A stretch of 64,000 nt of DNA, taken from Eledone cirrhosa. Taxonomy: Eukaryota. The stretch spans positions 35,340,001 through 35,404,000 of the forward strand of contig OZ024746.1 of assembly GCA_964016885.1 (NCBI GenBank), written 5' to 3'. The notes beneath the pieces are model-generated. The model saw only the letters and a list, made by a program, of their open reading frames with translations, had not been told where the DNA came from and searched no databases. The position numbers and the translations under genes were made by a program. Numbering within the stretch: the first letter of the stretch is position 1; each line of letters opens with the position of its first letter. Positions 57,707 through 64,000 of this stretch are shown one piece after another.

Positions 57707-57817
57707 ATTACGCACACTAAAGCAAGGCTGGCGTCCCTTACCACAGATTGTGAGTTTTCGGACAGTGTGTCCAGCTCAACCTCATTGCCACCTTTATTGG
57801 ACAGCAGCCCATCAGCA

Positions 57818-60800
57818 ATGAAAAATACCACAATCAATTTGACCACTGGTCGAATCACAGGAAGGATGAAGTTTAATCAACGCCTCTTCATTCTTTTCGG
57901 AGCTACTTTCTTCTCATTTGCATTTTTTCTCTTGTTCGACCAGAGTATGCCCTGGCCACAACAACAGATTAGCCGGACTCGTCTACTCGCCATTAAGCTC
58001 TGGCCAAACCAGCTTGACTGGCAGCCACCTCAACACCACCACCATGAATGCTCTTGGAGCACGACACCGTCCATTGACAGGATTGTCACAGCGAATTTTT
58101 CCACATTTGATATGATCCCTAAACTTGTTTATGATGTCATGGTTGATGGCTCATACCCACTACCGAACCCTAACAAAGCTTTAGATTTATTATCATTATC
58201 TTCATTATCATCATCATTGTCATCTTCATTATCATTATCAAAGTCTTTATTATCATCATCGTTATTATCCTCGTCATCTTTATCAAATTCTTTAGCATTA
58301 TTAGATTCTTCTCTTTCTTCATCCCCATCATTATCATCATCATCATCTATAAAATCTGCTTCATCAGTACATGCTGCTGGTGGTGGTGATGATGCTGATG
58401 TTCCTGGTGGTAAAATTGACAGTGATAACACTGGTGGTGGTGCTAATGCTAATGCTGCTAGACACAGTAGAAATAGTATTAGCAGTAGTAGTAGCAGTAA
58501 AGTGAATGAGGACGGTCTTACTGTTATTGTTGTCCCTCATTCTCATAATGACCCAGGATGGCTGAAAACAGTGGATGAATACTATTCGGATCAGACAAAG
58601 CACATACTTGACAATATGGTGCGGAAATTAACCACATACCCTAACATGACATTTGTGTGGAGTGAAACTATATACCTAGCTATGTGGTGGAATGACCAAG
58701 AGGATGCTATCAAGGCACAAGTCCGTAGGCTGATTCGCCGGGGACAGCTGGAGATAGTGCTTGGTAGTTGGGTGATGCCAGATGAGGCTACCACTCACTA
58801 TTATGCTATAGTTGACCAGTTGATCGAAGGACACCGATGGATCATGGACAATTTGCATGTAATCCCTGAGAACAGTTGGTCAATAGATGCTTTCGGACAA
58901 TCTGGCACAATGCCTTATTTGCTGAAAGAAGCTGGTTTGAAAAACATGGTCATACAGAGGGTCCATGGTGCAGTAAAAAGCTATTTAGCTAAACGTAGAA
59001 GCCTGGAATTTAATTGGCGACAATACTGGGACCCTAAAGGCACAAAAGATATTCTATGTCACACAATGCCATACATGTTATACAGCATTAAGTACACTTG
59101 TGGTCCAGATAAGTTTTTCTGCTTGCTTTATGATTTCCGCAATATTCCTGGTGAAAGACGTGAGGGTAAGAGTCGTGACATAACCATGAAAAATATTGAA
59201 ATTCAAGCAGAGTACCTTTACAAAGAGTACATGAAAAAAAATTTTCTTTACAAGTATAATGTCATCCTTGTTCCATTGGGTGATGACTTCAGATATGACA
59301 AAGAATTAGAATGGGATCAGCAGTATCAGAATTACATGATGTTATTTCATTATATGAATTCCAGAAAGGACTGGAACATAAAACTTCGGTTTGGAACTCT
59401 CAAAGACTACTTTGATATTGTCCGCAAACGCCAACTTGTATATCCAAATTATTCTGGTGACAGTAGTTTGAAGTTGCCTTCACTTAGTGGAGATTTTTTC
59501 CCTTATTCAGATAAAAGCTATGAGTATTGGACTGGATTCTATACAACACGGCCATTTGATAAACGATTCAGTCGAAATCTGGAAAGTTATCTACGAGCAG
59601 CTGATATCTTATACTTCTTAGCTTGCTCCTATTCCAGCATTTGGGATGTTCCATATGAGAAATCTTTTGAAGCTTCTGGTATGCTGAAGAGAGCACGTCG
59701 GTACCTCGGGTTATTCCAACACCATGATGCTATCACAGGAACTGCTAAAGATAATGTTGTATTAGATTACGAAGAAAAATTAGCCATTTCCTATAATCTT
59801 ACACAAACTGTCATTGGTGACGCTTTGGAAATACTTTTATATCGTTCAAAGAATGGACCTAGTAATTTTGTGATGCCAGAGACTGTACGCATATCTCCAA
59901 CAACTTCACCACAAAAGCAGATTTTGCATGTTGACAAAGCTGGATTGCGGCTGATCCTTTTTAACCCATTGTTACAACTTCGCAAGGATATTGTCACAGT
60001 TCTCGTTTCCACGAACAATATTGAAGTTTTAGATGAAAGCAAAAAGTCAATACCATGCCAGATAAATCCTTACTGGACAGATCATACAACAGTTTCCAGC
60101 AATGTATATGAATTAGTATTTTTAGCTAATATGGCACCATTAGCTTCAACTGTATACACACTTCGAACACCCTTGGAAGATGCGAAAAACACATACAAAG
60201 CTCGAATTGGGGCTGTTAATCCCAAACAGTTAGTAATACCACCTACAAGTGGTTTTGTCCAGGAAAAAACATGGTTTAATAGTAAATCTGAATCAATAGT
60301 TCTGGAAAACAGCATGATCAAGGCTACATTTTCTGGTAGTCGAGGCCTTCTACAGGAAGTTGTTAATAAAAATACTGGAAATTCTACAAAGGTAAAATTA
60401 GATTTTCTTGCTTATCTCTCTCAGGGCAGTGGAGCATATTTATTCTTCCCAAATGGCCAGGCACGATCAATTACAAATAACAAACATATTGTGCGAATTA
60501 TACGAGGTCCATTAGTTTCTGAAGTACATGTGCTACACAAATACATTTTACACCATGTCAAACTGTATGATGTGCCAGGACTTCAACGACATGCTTTACA
60601 TATTGAAAACACTGTGAATATCAAAAGTTTCCGAGATCGCGAAGTAATCATGCGTCTCCAAACAGATATTAAAAACCCAAACCAAACATTTTTCACTGAC
60701 CAGAATGGATTTCAAATGATTGGGCGCAGAAACCAACCTCGATTGCATGTTGAAGCAAATTATTATCCAATAACAACAATGGTCATATTAGAAGATGACC

Positions 60801-61654
60801 AGCAGCGACTAAGTCTTCATGCTGATCATTCACATGGTGTGGCCTGTTTGGAAACTGGCATGGTCGAAGTCATGCTTGACCGCCAACTCACATACGATGA
60901 TGAACGTGGCCTTGGTCAAGGTGTTGAGGATATAAAATCTGTAATTTCAAAGTTTGTACTTCAACTTGAAACCCGATATCAAAGCAAACAGTCTACATTT
61001 GGTGATAACACTAGTAACAGCAAACATTCTGTAAAAGGTGATCCACTTGAATTTGACTCTGAAGCAGTACAAAATAATGGAGAAGGCAATGGAAATGGAA
61101 TCTACAAAAATATATTTCAAAATTCTGTTCCTGATGATAACCCTCAAAATATTAAAATGACTGTCCCGATTTCAGGAAATTCTGCAACACACACAAACAC
61201 AAAAAAATCCAATACACACAAGCAAGAACTCCGTTTTACATACCCTTCGCTTTTAGGCATTTACTTGAACTATTATTTACAGCATCCCTTGATAGCATAT
61301 TTCACAAATATGCCTGCTGAAAAGCTTGCCCCTACTTTCTTGCCAATTGACGGCCAGATACCTTGTGACATAAACATTCTCTCTTTGCGGGTCCTAGTTA
61401 ACTCTGATCTTATTCAGAATGGCTCCACTCTGATATTGAACCGAGAAGGGTTTAGTTGTGAATTCCCTACGGCTGAGCCAATCTGCAGTTCTAATTGGGG
61501 AGAATTCCCTGTTAATGCTATGTTTGGAAAAATACCATTAAAATCTTTCCGGCGAACTTCATTGTCACATTTGTATGACATTGAAATACTGAGCCCAAAT
61601 TCTGTCTTAAAACTTGCTCACATGGAAGTTTCTTCTTACATATTAAAGACATAA
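57818..61654 (+). CDS. MAN2A1: Golgi alpha-mannosidase II (GH38, MAN2A-like), type II membrane protein; entire catalytic region in a single exon
   Basis: Uninterrupted ORF with an N-terminal TM segment (LFILFGATFFSFAFFLLF) and GH38 motifs: VPHSHNDPGWLKT (Zn ligands), WSIDAFG (nucleophile Asp), LGDDFRY (acid/base), YWTGFYTTRP, FQHHDAITGT, SGAYLF, TDQNGFQ, EVMLDR..DDERGLGQGV. First ATG in the exon is at 57818, but the frame is open from the acceptor at 57707, so the true start may lie in an upstream exon. The symbol is a family-level assignment (MAN2A1/2). Confidence 0.93.
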   Translation: MKNTTINLTTGRITGRMKFNQRLFILFGATFFSFAFFLLFDQSMPWPQQQISRTRLLAIKLWPNQLDWQPPQHHHHECSWSTTPSIDRIVTANFSTFDMIPKLVYDVMVDGSYPLPNPNKALDLLSLSSLSSSLSSSLSLSKSLLSSSLLSSSSLSNSLALLDSSLSSSPSLSSSSSIKSASSVHAAGGGDDADVPGGKIDSDNTGGGANANAARHSRNSISSSSSSKVNEDGLTVIVVPHSHNDPGWLKTVDEYYSDQTKHILDNMVRKLTTYPNMTFVWSETIYLAMWWNDQEDAIKAQVRRLIRRGQLEIVLGSWVMPDEATTHYYAIVDQLIEGHRWIMDNLHVIPENSWSIDAFGQSGTMPYLLKEAGLKNMVIQRVHGAVKSYLAKRRSLEFNWRQYWDPKGTKDILCHTMPYMLYSIKYTCGPDKFFCLLYDFRNIPGERREGKSRDITMKNIEIQAEYLYKEYMKKNFLYKYNVILVPLGDDFRYDKELEWDQQYQNYMMLFHYMNSRKDWNIKLRFGTLKDYFDIVRKRQLVYPNYSGDSSLKLPSLSGDFFPYSDKSYEYWTGFYTTRPFDKRFSRNLESYLRAADILYFLACSYSSIWDVPYEKSFEASGMLKRARRYLGLFQHHDAITGTAKDNVVLDYEEKLAISYNLTQTVIGDALEILLYRSKNGPSNFVMPETVRISPTTSPQKQILHVDKAGLRLILFNPLLQLRKDIVTVLVSTNNIEVLDESKKSIPCQINPYWTDHTTVSSNVYELVFLANMAPLASTVYTLRTPLEDAKNTYKARIGAVNPKQLVIPPTSGFVQEKTWFNSKSESIVLENSMIKATFSGSRGLLQEVVNKNTGNSTKVKLDFLAYLSQGSGAYLFFPNGQARSITNNKHIVRIIRGPLVSEVHVLHKYILHHVKLYDVPGLQRHALHIENTVNIKSFRDREVIMRLQTDIKNPNQTFFTDQNGFQMIGRRNQPRLHVEANYYPITTMVILEDDQQRLSLHADHSHGVACLETGMVEVMLDRQLTYDDERGLGQGVEDIKSVISKFVLQLETRYQSKQSTFGDNTSNSKHSVKGDPLEFDSEAVQNNGEGNGNGIYKNIFQNSVPDDNPQNIKMTVPISGNSATHTNTKKSNTHKQELRFTYPSLLGIYLNYYLQHPLIAYFTNMPAEKLAPTFLPIDGQIPCDINILSLRVLVNSDLIQNGSTLILNREGFSCEFPTAEPICSSNWGEFPVNAMFGKIPLKSFRRTSLSHLYDIEILSPNSVLKLAHMEVSSYILKT

Positions 61655-61914
61655 TAAATGTGTGTATGTGTATATATTCATATATATATACATATCAAAA
61701 AGTGTGTATATGTATAAAATAAGCATAGAGAAAATAGAGAGAGAGAGAAAGAGATAGGAGGAAAATTGTCACAAATCTTAAATATGACAGAATGTGACTA
61801 ACATATTTGCAAGAGATGTGATGAATATTTTTATGCATTTTTTTCCTCGCGTCAGTTCAGATGTCTGATGACATAGGTACTGATGAAAACCAAAAAAGGA
61901 ACTGTGAATATATG

Positions 61915-61952
<38 letters not shown>

Positions 61953-62075
61953 CTATAAAGCTATGGCATAGTAATTTGCTTTGTTATATTGTAGAGCGAG
62001 TGAAGAAATATATATATATATATACACATATGCATCTATATATTTACACACACATATATATATATACATACAAAC

Positions 62076-62106
<31 letters not shown>

Positions 62107-62647
62107 TATATATATTATTATTATTATTATTATTATTATTAAAACTGTAATGAGACAGAAGTGGAATCTTGAAGCATTTTGAAAAAGAAAAGCAAGGACA
62201 GGAGGTGATGTGTGTGATTTTGAGTGTAATCTGTAATAGTCAGAATTTCTGATGATAAATTTCATTATTGAAAGACAAAAAAAAAAACAAGAAAAAAAAA
62301 CAAACGAAAGAAAAACAAAAACAAATTTTTGAAAATGCAATTGTCTGTTTTATTTATTTTTTTAATATATCATTTTTTTAAACATAATGAGTTATTGATT
62401 AATTGCTGTTAATTAAATTGACTACTGAAGACTATATAAAAGCAAAGAGAAAATAATTGAATGAAACAGACATGTTGAAGAGTTGTTACATACAAACACA
62501 AGCACACTCTAACACAACACCACACCAACCACCCATACAGATGATATATGTGTGTATATGTACTGATATATACTTATATATGTATATACGTATGATGACT
62601 CCCACAGACGCACATCTCACAGAAATACAGACACGGTTACATACATA

Positions 62648-62649
<2 letters not shown>

Positions 62650-62689
<40 letters not shown>

Positions 62690-63434
62690 ATATGTCTATA
62701 TATATATATATATATATATGTATAATGTATGTATATATATATATATATGTATTTACGTGTGTGTCTATATATATATATATGTATGTATATATATATATGT
62801 ATATATATATGTATTTACGTGTCTATATATATATGTATGTATGTATGTATATATATCTATATATATATGTGTATATATGTCTATATATATATGCGTGTAT
62901 ATATGTCTATATATATATGTGTGTATATATGTCTATATATATATATATATGTATATATGTCTATATATATATATGTATATATGTCTATATATATATATGT
63001 ATATATATGTCTATATATATATATGTGTATATCTCTATATATATATATGTGTATATGTCTCTCTATATATATATATATATATATATGTGTATATGTCTCT
63101 ATATATATATATATATATATGTGTATATATGTCTATATATATGTGTGTATATATGTCTATATATGTGTGTGTATATGTCTATATATATATATATGTGTGT
63201 ATATGTCTCTATATATATGTGTGTGTCTATATCTCTCTATATATATATATATTGGTACATGCAGAAACGTGGATCAATTCTATGTTCCAGGTTGGTATGA
63301 AAATCTGAGTTACTTTTCAAGAAGATTCAACTTCAGGCAAAATATATAAATTCTACCATATAAACTGTGTACTTCTTTATTTGTAAACAGAGCTTTATCA
63401 ATTCATTTGTATATGTATGTATATACAAACATTT

Positions 63435-63471
<37 letters not shown>

Positions 63472-63563
63472 CGTGTGTGTATGTGTGTCTATATATGTTT
63501 AAATATATATATATATATGTATGCATATATATATATATATATATGGGTGTATATATGTTTATG

Positions 63564-63596
<33 letters not shown>

Positions 63597-63621
63597 ATGC
63601 ATATATATATATGTATGTCTG

Positions 63622-63665
<44 letters not shown>

Positions 63666-63751
63666 TATATACATATAGACATATATATATATATGGGTGT
63701 ATATATGTTTATGTATATATATATATACACATATATATATACGTACATACA

Positions 63752-63807
<56 letters not shown>

Positions 63808-63849
63808 CATATAGACATATATATATATATGGGTGTATATATGTTTATG

Positions 63850-63883
<34 letters not shown>

Positions 63884-64000
63884 TATATATACGTACATAC
63901 AGACATATATATATATATATATACACATATATATATATACGTACATACAGACATATATATATATATACACATATATATATATATATATACACACATATAT
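62650..64000. repeat. TA-rich microsatellite region
   Basis: Direct inspection. Confidence 0.9.

Overview
AT-rich, repeat-saturated eukaryotic DNA. The SINE/RTE repertoire and very long (TA)n tracts suggest a cephalopod such as Octopus (inference). The only clear host gene is a Golgi alpha-mannosidase II (GH38, MAN2A-like), whose whole catalytic region lies in one ~3.9 kb exon (57707-61654, +). Most of the upstream sequence is probably intron. It holds a (TA)n-associated retrotransposon cluster at about 12-31 kb: an RTE LINE with a PHD finger inside ORF2, a Penelope-like RT/GIY-YIG element, and a near full-length CR1-group LINE with an unusual Myb/SANT-polyQ-CCCH ORF1. There are also many RTE fragments, tRNA-derived SINEs, piggyBac-type MITEs and a mariner fossil. 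The most striking signal is a set of short fold-back elements in TA tracts whose arms carry divergently oriented minimal type-I hammerhead ribozyme motifs, including U3-A8 core variants and one with a ~116-nt stem II. A candidate recursive splice site and 48-nt ATG exon at 5400 would splice in frame to the mannosidase exon 52 kb downstream. All motifs were read by eye; no alignment, folding or database search was run.
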